This document shows, one piece after another, positions 25,140-37,600 of a stretch of 64,000 bases of DNA. The notes under the pieces were generated by a model, which made no database searches, was not told the DNA's origin, and was given only the letters and a program-made list of their open reading frames with translations. The translations under genes and the position numbers were made by a program. The stretch is from Macrostomum hystrix (Eukaryota; Animalia; Platyhelminthes): assembly GCA_950097015.1 (NCBI GenBank), contig CATNEN010000038.1, positions 28,334,001-28,398,000 on the forward strand, written 5' to 3'. Each line of letters opens with the position of its first letter. The stretch's first letter is position 1.

Positions 25140-27921
25140 TTAAAGTGGTGGCTCCTGTTGATGAAAGTACCTGCAGCAGCTCCTTGGGCACTGGCCGACC
25201 AGCCTTGACGTAGCGTTGTGCCTCGAACATAGCTGGACAATAACAAAAAGTACACTTCACTTATTGTGATATTTTTGCTTTGAATGTGTATCGTCGGTAA
25301 ATAATTCCAGAGTTGTATGCAGATAAGGATAGCAATCGTGGCTTCCGGCGCCAGTTGACTGCTCCCGGAGTGGGATATGTACTTCCGGAGTGGGATATCT
25401 ACTTCCGGAGTGGGATATCTACTTCCGGAGTGGGATATCTACTTCCGGAGTGGGATATCTACTTCCGGAGTGGGATATCTACTTCCGGAGTGGAATATGT
25501 ACTTCCGGAGTGGGATATGTACTTCCGGAGTGGGATATCTACTTCCGGAGTGGGATATCTACTTCCGGAGTGGGATATCTACTTCCGGAGTGGGATATCT
25601 ACTTCCGGAGTGGGATATCTACTTCCGGAGTGGGATATGTACTTCCGGAGTGGGATATCTACTTCCGGAGTGGGATATCTACTTCCGGAGTGGGATATCT
25701 ACTTCCGGAGTGGAATATGTACTTCAGGAGTGGGATATCTACTTCCGGAGTGGGATATCTACTTCCGGAGTGGGATATCTACTTCCGGAGTGTGATATCT
25801 ACTTCCGGAGTGGGATATCTACTTCCGGAGTGGGATATCTACTTCCGGAGTGGGATATCTACTTCCGGAGTGGGATATCTACTTCCGGAGTGGGATATCT
25901 ACTTCCGGAGTGGAATATCTACTTCCGGAGTGGGATATCTACTTCCGGAGTGTGATATCTACTTCCGGAGTGGGATATCTACTTCCGGAGTGGGATATCT
26001 ACTTCCGGAGTGGGATATCTACTTCCGGAGTGGAATATGTACTTCCGGAGTGTGATATCTACTTCCGGAGTGGGATATCTACTTCCGGAGTGGGATATCT
26101 ACTTCCGGAGTGGGATATCTACTTCCGGAGTGTGATATCTACTTCCGGAGTGGGATATCTACTTCCGGAGTGGGATATCTACTTCCGGAGTGGGATATCT
26201 ACTTCCGGAGTGGGATATCTACTTCCGGAGTGGGATATCTACTTCCGGAGTGGAATATGTACTTCCGGAGTGGGATATGTACTTCCGGAGTGGGATATCT
26301 ACTTCCGGAGTGGGATGTCTACTTCCGGAGTGTGATATCTACTTCCGGAGTGGGATATCTACTTCCGGAGTGGGATATCTACTTCCGGAGTGGGATATCT
26401 ACTTCCGGAGTGGGATATCTACTCCTGGAGTGGGATATCTACTTCCGGAGTGGGATATCTACTTCCGTAGTAGGATATCTACTTCCGTAGTAGGATATCT
26501 ACTTCCGTAGTAGGATATCTACTTCCGTAGTAGGATATATACTTCCGTAGTAGGATATATACTTCCGTAGTAGGATATCTACTTCCGTAGTAGGATATCT
26601 ACTTCCGGAGTGGGATATCTACTTCCGGAGTGGGATATCTACTTCCGGAGTGGGATATCTACTTCCGGAGTGGAATATGTACTTCCGGAGTGGGATATGT
26701 ACTTCCGGAGTGGGATATCTACTTCCGGAGTGGGATATCTACTTCTGGAGAGGGATATCTACTTCTGGAGAGGGATATCTACTTCTGGAGTGGGATATCT
26801 ACTTCTGGAGTGGGATATCTACTTCTGGAGTGGGATATCTACTTCCGGAGTGGGATATCTACTTCCGGAGTGGAATATGTACTTCCGGAGTGGGATATGT
26901 ACTTCCGGAGTGGGATATCTACTTCCGGAGTGGAATATGTACTTCCGGAGTGGGATATGTACTTCCGGAGTGGGATATCTACTTCCGGAGTGGGATATCT
27001 ACTTCCGGAGTGGGATATCTACTTCCGGAGTGGGATATCTACTTCCGGAGTGGGATATCTACTTCCGGAGTGGGATATCTACTTCCGGAGTGGGATATCT
27101 ACTTCCGGAGTGGGATATCTACTTCCGGAGTGGGATATATACTTCTGGAGAGGGATATTTACTTCCGTAGTAGGATATCTACTTCCGGAGTGGGATATCT
27201 ACTTCCGGAGTGGGATATATACTTCCGTAGTAGGATATCTACTTCCGGAGTGGGATATCTACTTCCGGAGTGGGATATATACTTCCGTAGTAGGATATCT
27301 ACTTCCGGAGTGGGATATCTACTTCCGTAGTAGGATATATCCTTCCGGAGTGGGAATTTTACTTCCAGAGTGATATATCTAACAAGCCATATTGAGGTAC
27401 AAGGTAATCAAGCAAGAAGTCTTGGGTTTCAAAGATGTCGTCGTGAATGTGCTCATGAAGATGACTATCTCATCCACTGAAGCGGTACTCATTAGGGAGT
27501 GCGCCCTCAAGTGCCCTGAAAATCACCCTATTCTGTTTTTCAACTTTACTTTCTTGTTCTTCTTGTCCCAATTGAGCCAAATTTCTCTCCTAATAGGAAA
27601 ATCAGATTGCGTAGAAACGAATGACTCAACGCTCTGCATAGGAAAATGACTCATATCTACTGTGCGGAAAAGCGATTTGCTGGATCAAATCATAAAAATG
27701 ATCTTGTAGAAGTAAGAAACTTTAAACCAGACCACACTTTCGCTAAAACTAGACTAACAGCGCCTATTTATCGAACTAATAATATCATAGTTACTATACA
27801 TACCTTGATGCACCTCTGGTGGACATGTGCACACAAGATGCTGCTGCTGCTGCTGCTGCTGTTGATGCTTAACAGCGGAAGTAGAATTTGGCGATCTGCC
27901 AATGTGCTGCTGCTGCTGCAT
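13811..27921 (-). CDS. Gln-rich, coiled-coil, Pro-rich protein; divergent SRCIN1/KIAA1217 (AIP3-domain)-like adaptor
   Basis: Phase-compatible exons 27921-27804, 25232-25058, 24758-24625, 18998-18847, 18153-17684, 15768-15594, ~14524-13811(stop). Coiled-coil segments LVRTRHDLVRLRSEFEALRACY and YRLETQATERQLGELEQLV...SKSL..AK..F....VRDLI, plus a PPPPPRKSS motif, resemble my recollection of the SRCIN1/Sickle tail family. The family call is inference and the last acceptor is uncertain. Confidence 0.7.
15015..15530. mobile_element. MITE family D (TIR GACCACG..GGTATTTCAAA), copy 1
   Basis: Left end GACCACGGAGGTATTTCAAA, right end TTTGAAATATCTCCGCGTGGTC. The interior (CTGCCTACTTCACGATAG, TCAAAGCCGT..GTCAGC.TCGTCAA) is shared with 28765-29051. 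Confidence 0.7.
15829..17018. mobile_element. Foldback/non-autonomous DNA element with ~50-bp inverted ends
   Basis: ACTGAATTGTCAA-GCTGGCCCGCAGGTAGCTTATGGAGAGTAGCGAAGTCAA (15829-15880) is the reverse complement of 16957-17018 apart from a short insertion. No credible ORF inside. Confidence 0.7.
17039..17475. mobile_element. Possible MITE with degenerate ~25-bp TIRs
   Basis: AATGTCCCTTTCACAAAAATGGGT versus ACCTTTTTGTAAAGGAACATT (reverse complement). Confidence 0.4.
18021..18081 (-). repeat. Pure (CAG)~20 coding polyglutamine tract
   Basis: Uninterrupted CTG run on + inside exon 18153-17684. Confidence 0.9.
18298..18531 (-). mobile_element. tRNA-derived CORE-like SINE family B
   Basis: Reverse complement of 60777-61030 (GGAATCGAACTCCCGACCTTCAAGTCG...CCACTAGGCTACAA). 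Confidence 0.8.
19176..19491 (-). mobile_element. tRNA-derived SINE family A, near full length
   Basis: The minus strand begins GGAGGTGAGTGGTAGAGCGGTTAACGCG...GAGCTCGATTCC (A/B boxes). The body matches the other copies. Confidence 0.85.
20585..20797 (-). mobile_element. SINE family A, 5'-truncated
   Basis: Shared body GAGGAGGCAATT...CTGCCCTGACTTTCTC...CCTTGGAGG. Confidence 0.8.
21915..24528. repeat. Minisatellite, 25-bp unit TGGGATTGTAATTGAAGGATTTAGG
   Basis: About 100 units, with a central 26-bp variant block (GGTCGGATTCTAATT). Intronic. Confidence 0.97.
25362..27380. repeat. Minisatellite, 20-bp unit ACTTCCGGAGTGGGATATCT
   Basis: About 100 units in the first intron of the minus-strand gene. 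Explains the repetitive ORFs here. Confidence 0.97.
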
Positions 27922-27999
27922 GTTAGTCAAGCGGTGCCCCGAAAATACAGACAGGGTCTTTGATGCCTGCTCGAGTCGAGACACCAACTGGCGTATCTC

Positions 28000-28440
28000 A
28001 CTGTGGCTCGTCTCTGCAGTTACTCTTCTCTCGGTTCAGCCTCCTCTTTTCCTCTTCCTGTCTGCCTCCCGCTGTCGCTCTCATTCCTACGCCTGGTCGA
28101 GCCCAAAAAGCTGGGGAATTAAGAGCAGCGTGCTGCGGGGAGGGTGGGGAGGTGGTAGAGGGACCAATTAAAAAAAACTGACCAGAGAGAGCTGCGACCG
28201 GCTGGCAGCCAATGACGGACTGCTCAGCCCCCCCCTCCGAAGGGCGAAAACGATCGCAGTGGCGGACAGCGGAGAAGGAACAGGACGAAGGCCCGGGTGG
28301 GAATCCTTCCTGTGGGGCCTCCATTCCACACTGCCTCAAGGCCTCGCGCCTCATCACTTTCTCCCCGGCTGGACTCGGCCAAAGGCCTTCGGGGATCTCG
28401 CGCTCTAGTCCATCCGATCCCCATTTTCTTCCCCACACTT
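28000..28440 (-). promoter_or_regulatory. Probable GC-rich promoter/5' region of the SRCIN1-like gene
   Basis: GC-rich island immediately upstream of the ATG at 27921, with two CCAAT elements (GACCAATT ~28162, AGCCAATG ~28207) and G-rich Sp/KLF-like tracts. Confidence 0.4.
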
Positions 28441-28607
28441 AACTTATCCCTTATGCAAGTATATTTGTATGTGAGACCTGGTCTGCTTTTTGTCCCTCAG
28501 CAGCGGTTAAGGGCATGTAATGCATGAATCCGGGCAGATCTCATTTACATGTATATTGCCCGGTTATTCCAAGTGCAATTGGGAATGAAATGTTCAACGT
28601 TCGATAT

Positions 28608-28762
28608 AATAATATTTGCTGGAGGGCTGCGGGCACTAGACCCGCAGCCAGCGAGGAGGCACTTCTGCCTATTCCGCAGACTCCTGAGCACAAACTCACT
28701 CAGGAGTGTACATTCTCATCGTCGGGTAGTGTACACTCTCACTGTACCTTGGAGGCTGGCCC
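28608..28762 (-). mobile_element. SINE family A fragment abutting MITE D copy 2
   Basis: CACTAGACCCGCAGCCAGCGAGGAGGCA...CCTTGGAGGCTGGCCCT. Confidence 0.75.
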
Positions 28763-28764
28763 TC

Positions 28765-29051
28765 GTGTATTTCAACTATGGGTCCACTGCCTACTTCACG
28801 ATAGCTCCCAAGCCGAATGACCGATCTTCATGAAAGACCATCAAATGGATCAAAATTTCCGCCTTCTACTATGAATGACTCTCAAAGCCGTCTGGCGTCA
28901 GCATCGTCAAGATATTCAGTGATTGTCGTAGACTCCGGTACTCTGTGACACCCCGACGAGAATTGTTGACTATTTCGACAATGCCAATTTTTTGTCCGAT
29001 TGGTTGAATATTTTGAGCGATGCAGAAAATTATTTGAAATACCCCGTGGTC
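28765..29051. mobile_element. MITE family D, copy 2
   Basis: Right TIR TTTGAAATACCCCGTGGTC. Interior similar to 15015-15530. Confidence 0.65.
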
Positions 29052-29744
29052 GTTCAAAAGCTATAAGGACATAAACTAATTCTGGGTCTGAAATTCTATT
29101 GCACGACCTCTTGAAAATTGCGTCGTACATTTTGGACAGATGTGTCAGAAAACAAATGCAACAGATACTTTTGCGTGTCGTCTCTTGAGTAGACATAATC
29201 TCCCAGCTGGTTGTGTTTGACCAAAGCGTGTTCCCCGCAGCCTTCCAAAGCTTTTCTGTCCTCGTCGGCCTGATTCCATCATCATCATCATCCGGCTCTT
29301 CTTTAAGTCCCCCAGGGGGGTTGGCATTGGGATAACATTGGAAAAAGAGGGAGAGAAAGAAGGGGAGAGTTGATGGAGGAGACTGGAGGAATCCTCAGTC
29401 ACGCTTGTTCTCCTCGGCTCATGCTGCATGTTTGTCTCTTTATAAAGCATGGGCTTCAATATCGTTGAGAGATGACTCACCGAGCTCAGACACACACATG
29501 CATATCAATATAGGCTTTCTTCGCAGAGCCGGAATCCCAGAAAAAATGAACTATAATACAAAATATTTCTCGCACGCGATACTCACCTTTCCCATTCATA
29601 TATCCCCCTGTCAATCAATTTCATGCATAATTCCGTCTCAAAAAGAAAATCCCATCTCAAGGCTTATAATGTTGTCGCGTTTTCCTTTAGAATTTAGCTG
29701 CAGTTTGCAATATTTCCGAACTTCACAATCAAAATATAATATGC

Positions 29745-32269
29745 TGTTCTGGGAGTACCTGAGTAGACAGTTCTGTGAGTACCTGAGTAGACAGTTCTGT
29801 GAGTACCTGAGTAGACAGTTCTGGGAGTACCTGAGTAGACAGTTCTGTGAGTACCTGAGTAGACAGTTCTGTGAGTACCTGAGTAGACAGTTCTGTGAGT
29901 ACCTGAGTAGACAGTTCTGTGAGTACCTGAGTAGACATTTCTGTGAGTACCTGAGTAGACAGTTCTGTGAGTACCTGAGTAGACAGTTCTGTGAGTACCT
30001 GAGTAGACAGTTCTGTGAGTACCTGAGTAGACATTTCTGTGAGTACCTGAGTAGACATTTCTGTGAGTACCTGAGTAGACAGTTCTGTGAGTACCTGAGT
30101 AGACAGTTCTGTGAGTACCTGAGTAGACAGTTCTGTGAGTACCTGAGTAGACAGTTCTGTGAGTACCTGAGTAGACAGTTCTGTGAGTACCTGAGTAGAC
30201 AGTTCTGTGAGTACCTGAGTAGACATTTCTGTGAGTACCTGAGTAGACAGTTCTGTGAGTACCTGAGTAGACAGTTCTGTGAGTACCTGAGTAGACAGTT
30301 CTGTGAGTACCTGAGTAGACAGTTCTGTGAGTACCTGAGTAGACAGTTCTGTGAGTACCTGAGTAGACATTTCTGTGAGTACCTGAGTAGACAGTTCTGT
30401 GAGTACCTGAGTAGACAGTTCTGTGAGTACCTGAGTAGACAGTTCTGTGAGTACCTGAGTAGACATTTCTGTGAGTACCTGAGTAGACAGTTCTGTGAGT
30501 ACCTGAGTAGACAGTTCTGTGAGTACCTGAGTAGACAGTTCTGTGAGTACCTGAGTAGACAGTTCTGTGAGTACCTGAGTAGACAGTTCTGTGAGTACCT
30601 GAGTAGACAGTTCTGTGAGTACCTGAGTAGACATTTCTGTGAGTACCTGAGTAGACAGTTCTGTGAGTACCTGAGTAGACAGTTCTGTGAGTACCTGAGT
30701 AGACAGTTCTGTGAGTACCTGAGTAGACAGTTCTGTGAGTACCTGAGTAGACAGTTCTGTGAGTACCTGAGTAGACATTTCTGTGAGTACCTGAGTAGAC
30801 ATTTCTGTGAGTACCTGAGTAGACAGTTCTGTGAGTACCTGAGTAGACAGTTCTGTGAGTACCTGAGTAGACATTTCTGTGAGTACCTGAGTAGACAGTT
30901 CTGTGAGTACCTGAGTAGACAGTTCTGTGAGTACCTGAGTAGACATTTCTGTGAGTACCTGAGTAGACAGTTCTGTGAGTACCTGAGTAGACAGTTCTGT
31001 GAGTACCTGAGTAGACATTTCTGTGAGTACCTGAGTAGACAGTTCTGTGAGTACCTGAGTAGACAGTTCTGTGAGTACCTGAGTAGACATTTCTGTGAGT
31101 ACCTGAGTAGACAGTTCTGTGAGTACCTGAGTAGACAGTTCTGTGAGTACCTGAGTAGACAGTTCTGTGAGTACCTGAGTAGACAGTTCTGTGAGTACCT
31201 GAGTAGACAGTTCTGTGAGTACCTGAGTAGACATTTCTGTGAGTACCTGAGTAGACAGTTCTGTGAGTACCTGAGTAGACAGTTCTGTGAGTACCTGAGT
31301 AGACAGTTCTGTGAGTACCTGAGTAGACATTTCTGTGAGTACCTGAGTAGACAGTTCTGTGAGTACCTGAGTAGACATTTCTGTGAGTACCTGAGTAGAC
31401 AGTTCTGTGAGTACCTGAGTAGACATTTCTGAGAGTACCTGAGTAGACATTTCTGTGAGTACCTGAGTAGACAGTTCTGTGAGTACCTGAGTAGACAGTT
31501 CTGTGAGTACCTGAGTAGACATTTCTGTGAGTACCTGAGTAGACAGTTCTGTGAGTACCTGAGTAGACAGTTCTGTGAGTACCTGAGTAGACAGTTCTGT
31601 GAGTACCTGAGTAGACAGTTCTGTGAGTACCTGAGTAGACAGTTCTGTGAGTACCTGAGTAGACAGTTCTGTGAGTACCTGAGTAGACATTTCTGTGAGT
31701 ACCTGAGTAGACAGTTCTGTGAGTACCTGAGTAGACATTTCTGTGAGTACCTGAGTAGACAGTTCTGTGAGTACCTGAGTAGACATTTCTGAGAGTACCT
31801 GAGTAGACATTTCTGTGAGTACCTGAGTAGACAGTTCTGTGAGTACCTGAGTAGACAGTTCTGTGAGTACCTGAGTAGACATTTCTGTGAGTACCTGAGT
31901 AGACAGTTCTGTGAGTACCTGAGTAGACAGTTCTGTGAGTACCTGAGTAGACAGTTCTGTGAGTACCTGAGTAGACAGTTCTGTGAGTACCTGAGTAGAC
32001 AGTTCTGTGAGTACCTGAGTAGACAGTTCTGTGAGTACCTGAGTAGACAGTTCTGTGAGTACCTGAGTAGACAGTTCTGTGAGTACCTGAGTAGACAGTT
32101 CTGTGAGTACCTGAGTAGACATTTCTGTGAGTACCTGAGTAGACAGTTCTGTGAGTACCTGAGTAGACAGTTCTGTGAGTACCTGAGTAGACATTTCTGT
32201 GAGTACCTGAGTAGACAGTTCTGTGAGTACCTGAGTAGACAGTTCTGTGAGTACCTGAGTAGACAGTTC
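29745..32269. repeat. Minisatellite, 24-bp unit CTGTGAGTACCTGAGTAGACA(G/T)TT
   Basis: About 105 near-perfect units with a binary G/T variant. Intergenic. Confidence 0.98.
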
Positions 32270-32513
32270 GGTAGTAGCAGTAGTAGCAGCAAGTCGCAGT
32301 AGGCTGTGCTTGATAGTCGTCTGTTTGAACTGATGCAATCGGAAATTTATAGTGTATTGCTTATTAAAGGACACAATTTTTTTACTAATTTTCCAAGATT
32401 TTAAACTTTAGACGAAGTCCTGAGTTCTAACAACTAAGGGCTAAAATAAACAGTTGCTACAATTCTATGGTAAATGCAATAGTAAAGTGTAAATTACCTA
32501 TATGAATAGTATA

Positions 32514-32770
32514 TTATTACCCAGGCTTTCAGGGCGATAATGGGAAAGCCAGAGGGCGCCGAAGGCGCCCGAGGGATTTCTCATTATCGCCCGCAAAGCC
32601 TGGGTAATACTGTGATTGTACCATAGACTATGTGGCTTATAGTATGTGGCTATACGTTAAAATACACAAAAATAATCCATTATCGGCCCAACTTTTCGGG
32701 CCAAAATGACATCGTCTATGGCAATAATCGAATATCAGCCCGCCCGATAGCCACGTAGTCATGGTACAAT
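32514..32770. mobile_element. Double-hairpin palindromic element (probable non-autonomous DNA transposon)
   Basis: A ~95-bp hairpin TATTACCCAGGCTT...GGGCGCC-GAA-GGCGCCC...AAGCCTGGGTAATA, followed by the inverted pair ATTGTACCATAGACTATGTGGCT / AGCCACGTAGTCATGGTACAAT. Confidence 0.55.
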
Positions 32771-34635
32771 GGTACATGATGTACTTATACTCGTATTGCA
32801 TTCTAAACGCAAATCAAAGTTAGTCGTCGGGAGTCAGTTTTCTGCAGACAAAATCTGCGAATTAGGATCAATAACTCAACTGAGATTTGGGCAACTGATC
32901 TGACAATGATTTTACATACTGGATACTTAATTCTGAAAACTCTGAAAATATTGCATGACAATTCTATGCAGTTCCGGTTGGCTATACTTTACAATGTACC
33001 ATCTCAATATTATATGCGCGTACTTCTACGATTAGTCAATTTGGTTCGCGTGTCTGCAATGGTGTGGTGTGCACAGACTGCTGAACTCGACCATGCGTCA
33101 TAAATCTTTCCTTGTGTGCGAGACGACATACTTTTTATAGATAGATAAAAAGATAAATTATACTTGTACCATGCTAGCTACTTATAGCTATGTAATAAAA
33201 ATCCATTGGTAAGTCTAGATTGCCGGCTTTAAGTATAACTGCTGAAAGCAAAAATGGCGAATGAAATATTCTTACAATCAACAAACTTATAAAAGTAGAC
33301 GGGATTTTGTGCTAATTGCATGTTAATATTCCCCAATTTATAAACATTTAAAAAATGCGTAAGGCAGAACAAACTGTCTTGATCGAAAAAAACGAATGAA
33401 AAATATATTTTCCAATGCACATAAAAGTACATGTACATCATTTTGCTTCAGCTTCAGTTCTCAATGAAACCGAAGTTTGTATGTTTTTTGTACATTTTTT
33501 TACTTTTTGCAGGGGCTGTTGCAATGGTGAAGATTGTTTAGTGGCGCAGTCCAGAATATTATTATACTGCACGTTAATGTAGTCTATAAGAAAATACACG
33601 TTTATTTCAAATAAGTTTCAAATATCAAACTTATTCAAATATTAAAATACATTTTAAATACTTCAAATATTTCAAATATGTATAAGTTCAAATGAAATTA
33701 AACTTAATGGTCTGATTATGAGTTAATCGCAATTAGTTAAACGCACAAGCAGTAAAAATGTGTGGTAAAACAAAATAAAAGCAGTTTATGGTAGAATATA
33801 TCAGAAAAAAAGTAATTTTTACACTTAAACTGAAAAAAGCAAGGAACTGCAAACATTTCATTCAATAAAAACACAAAAAAGGTTTAACTTTTAGATCCTT
33901 GTTGCTTTTTAAACGCTTCAGTTTCTACAACATTAATTTTTCAATAGTTATGTTTGTCGACAACGTTTCTGATTAATTATAAAAATGGGACTGTTTTTCG
34001 ATTAAAGCGTACTTTGGTCTATCTTGAGTTTGTATATATAGTATCCTCGTTCTACCTCAGGAGCAGCAATATATTAAGCAGTACTTAACAGTACTTTTTA
34101 ACATTACATAACTATTAAAGTTTATTGCCAGTAAAATGTGCATATAAAATTTTTATATGCTAGGAAGCTAAAGGGGTAAATAAAACTTTTGTCTAGATTG
34201 AAACGCAAATAGTCTTAGTCTATTGAGTAATTCAAATATGAAAGCTTAATGCTTTTGATTTGTTTTTTTATCAAACATTTTTACAAGCCATAAAACGTAC
34301 TTTGTTGTTTCTAAACATTTGCAAATTATATATATTGAATAGCTGGCTAGAAGTGTTTATATTATATATTTGTTTGACATTTACTGCATAATTTAGCATT
34401 ATGTAGCTACTTTTCTTGAATGTAGAAAATATTTGGAAAGTCGTATTTTTGTTCAGGAGGACATTAACATGAACTAAATTTATAAATTCCTAACCCTGAC
34501 TAAATACTGATTTATATTTTCAGTTCTTTTCAGACGAAGCTGAATAAGTGTTAAGTCGCACAAGTTTTAAACATATCTAGACATATTAAAATATATATTT
34601 TTTAATTTAAATTAAAAAAACGAATATAAAAGGCA

Positions 34636-37600
34636 ATGGCAGAAGAACCCGATCAGCCACCGCCTCCACCGGAGGAACCAGACCTATACGCTGACATCAT
34701 CAAGGCCACCGTTGAAAGTTTGGCACCGCCAGACAGAGACATGTCCTTCTATGAGCAGGGCCTGCTAAACTTCGCCGCGTCGCTCGATTCCAAAGAGATG
34801 CAGTACAGCTTCAAGAAGAACAATGGAATCAGCGTGCTGATTAGAAATCAGAAAATTGGCGCCGTGATGGCCAAGATTGTTGACAATATGCATCTCGATG
34901 AGATGAGGGTTAGTTAACTAATTCGAAATTTATAATTGAAGTCGCTATAAGTAGGTTGTGGTTGCGATGTGAAAAAGTAACTATTGGGGCCGAGCGATAA
35001 ATATTTTATAAGATTATTTGTCTCAGTTCTTGCTTGCTTGCTAAGCAATTTTAGTAAAAAAAGCGTTCTTATAAAAACTCCGCCAGGTGTTGAAAGCGGC
35101 TTACACCCTGTGCAAGCGTGCCACGCACGAGCACAAGGACAACACCGTTCGTTCGCTGCAAGTGCGCGGTATTTTAGACAACGTATTTGAAATGATTTGC
35201 ACTGATAAAAAGGTACCCGAAGATGTCAGCATCGAAGGTATTCAATATGCGACTAGCGCCCTGTCAGATCCGAATGTGTGCAAGCTGATGTGCAACAAGT
35301 ACGACCTGTCTGACCCGACGCCGTTCAACAGCGATTACGGCGACTTCGGTCGCAACGATGTGCGCGCCAATATGGCGGGAATGCTGAAAACGGGCGGCTC
35401 GGAACTTGTCAGACTCGAGGCCTACAAATTGGTGGCTAACATCGCTGCCTGTCCCAGGTTCTATGTCCGGGTGGTGGACCAGACCGATAACAATGTGGAT
35501 GTGCTGGCTTTGGCTATTAAGAATGGCCTTATTAACGGCAGCGAGCACCCGAAATCTTTCGGGGCATTCTGCTCTGCTGTTTATCGGTGAGTTCGAGAAT
35601 TCGGAAATAGGATTCTAAGAATTCGGAAACTGGATTCTAAGAATTCGGAAATAAGATTCTAAGAATTCGGAAACTGGATTCCTATAGAATTCGAAAACTA
35701 GATTCTAAGAATTCGGAAACTGGATTCCTATAGAATTCGAAAACTAGATTCTAAGAAGTCGAAAAATGGATTCTAAGAATTCGAAAAATGGATTCTAGGA
35801 ATTTGGTAACAGGATTCTAAGAATTCAGAAACTGGAATATAATAATTCGGAAACTGGAATATAATAATTCGGAAACTGGAATATAATAATTCGGAAACTG
35901 GAATATAATAATTCGGAAACTGGAATATAATAATTCGAAAACTGGAATATAATAAATCGAAAACTGGATTCTAAGAATTCGGAAACTGTTATTAAAACAC
36001 TGGATTCTAAAAATTCGAAAGCTGCATTCTAAGAATAAAAAAGAATGGATTATAATAATTAAAAAACTGCATTCTAAGAATTCGGAAATAGGATTCTAAG
36101 AATTAGGAAACTGCATTCTAAGAATTCGAAAAATGGATTATAAGAATTCGGAAACTGGATTCTTAGAACTCGGAAACTGGTCTCTAAGAATTCTGAAACT
36201 GGTGTCTAAGAATTCGGAAACAGGATTCCAAGAATTCAGAAACTGGATTCTAAGAATTCAGAGCTGGATTCTAAGAATTCGGAAACAATATTCTTAGAAA
36301 TCGAAGCCGAATCGTTAGAATTTTCAATTTAGAATTATTTAGAATTTTGGCCATAAAGAAACCAATCATTCCGTTGCAGCCTTTGTCAGCACTTCAAGAT
36401 TCGGGCCGCCCTGATGCGTCAACCGGATCTAATCGAGGCCTGCCATACGGCCATCGAGAACCTGCTAGACGAGGTGTCTCCTGAAGGCACCGCCGCCCTG
36501 GGCCGTCTGTTCAGCTGCCTGTCGATGCTGATATTGGATGTGCCACCAAGCGATGCCATCAAGGAGAAGTGCATAGAGATCGAGGAAAAGGTTGGCGCCT
36601 TTTTTACCTTAATCTTAAATACTTGCGGTTCTTCTGGATTAGCTTAAATCTCTTTAGGATTAACGCCAGTTCTTTAGGATTAAACTTCAGTAATTCAGGC
36701 TTAACTCCAGCTGACCTTGAGAGTTCACCTGCTAATTATTCGTTTTCCCAGGTCAACCAAGTGCTGCACAGCGGCCGAGCTGCCGAGACACGTCGCTGGG
36801 CCCGCGCCGCTGCCACGGCCCTGGAGACGCGTCGATTGCACGACAAGCCGCAAGAACTTTTTGATGCAGCCTGCAGGCACTTCCTGGAGCACTACGAGAG
36901 CCTGTTTAACAAGAAAGATGGTTAGCCCTGATGCCTTTTAAGCTTAATTGGCGCTCTACAGATTGAAAAGTACATTTTATTACTAAGAACTCAAGAAGTT
37001 GTTACTAGAAATTTCTTCACAATGTACGAGCCGAGCCCTAAGCAGAAAAAAGCTCACACATATTACTACGCAGACACAGAGACATACAGAGGCGTCTATA
37101 GATTGGCGGCGAGTTTGGTGTAGGTAATAGGCGTGTGTGTACATCGGGTAGTAGGGTTGGAGGTTGGTGAGAGGCGTGTGTACATTGGGGGTAGGGTTTG
37201 AGGTTGATGAGAGGCGTGTACATTTGGGGTAGGGTTTGGGGTTGGTGAGAGGCGTGTCTACATTGGGGGGTAGGGTTTGGGGTTGGTGAGAGGCGTGTCT
37301 ACATTGGGGGGTAGGGTTTGGGGTTGATGAGAGGCGTGTACATTTGGGGTAGGGTTTGGGGTTGGTGAGAGGCGTGTCTACATTGGGGGGTAGGGTTTGG
37401 GGTTGATGAGAGGCGTGTACATTTGGGGTAGGGTTTGGGGTTGGTGAGAGGCGTGTCTACATTGGGGGGGTAGGGTTTGGGGTTGGTGAGAGGCGTTTCT
37501 ACGTTGGGGGTAGGGTTTGAGGTTGGTGAGAGGTGTGTGTACATTGGGGGTAGGGTTTCAAGTTGGTGAGAGGCGTGTGTACGTAGTCTTAGGCTAGGGT

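Noticed and set aside
25313-27373. Overlapping ORFs with YFRSGISTSGVGYLLPEWD repeats
   Set aside because: A 20-bp repeat read in all frames, lying in an intron of the opposite-strand gene.
29405-32374. 675-884 aa ORFs on both strands
   Set aside because: Translations of a 24-bp minisatellite, with non-ATG starts and no unique domain.
37120-37600. Telomere-like TAGGGTT motifs
   Set aside because: Not tandem TTAGGG; the motif is embedded in a ~40-bp unit.
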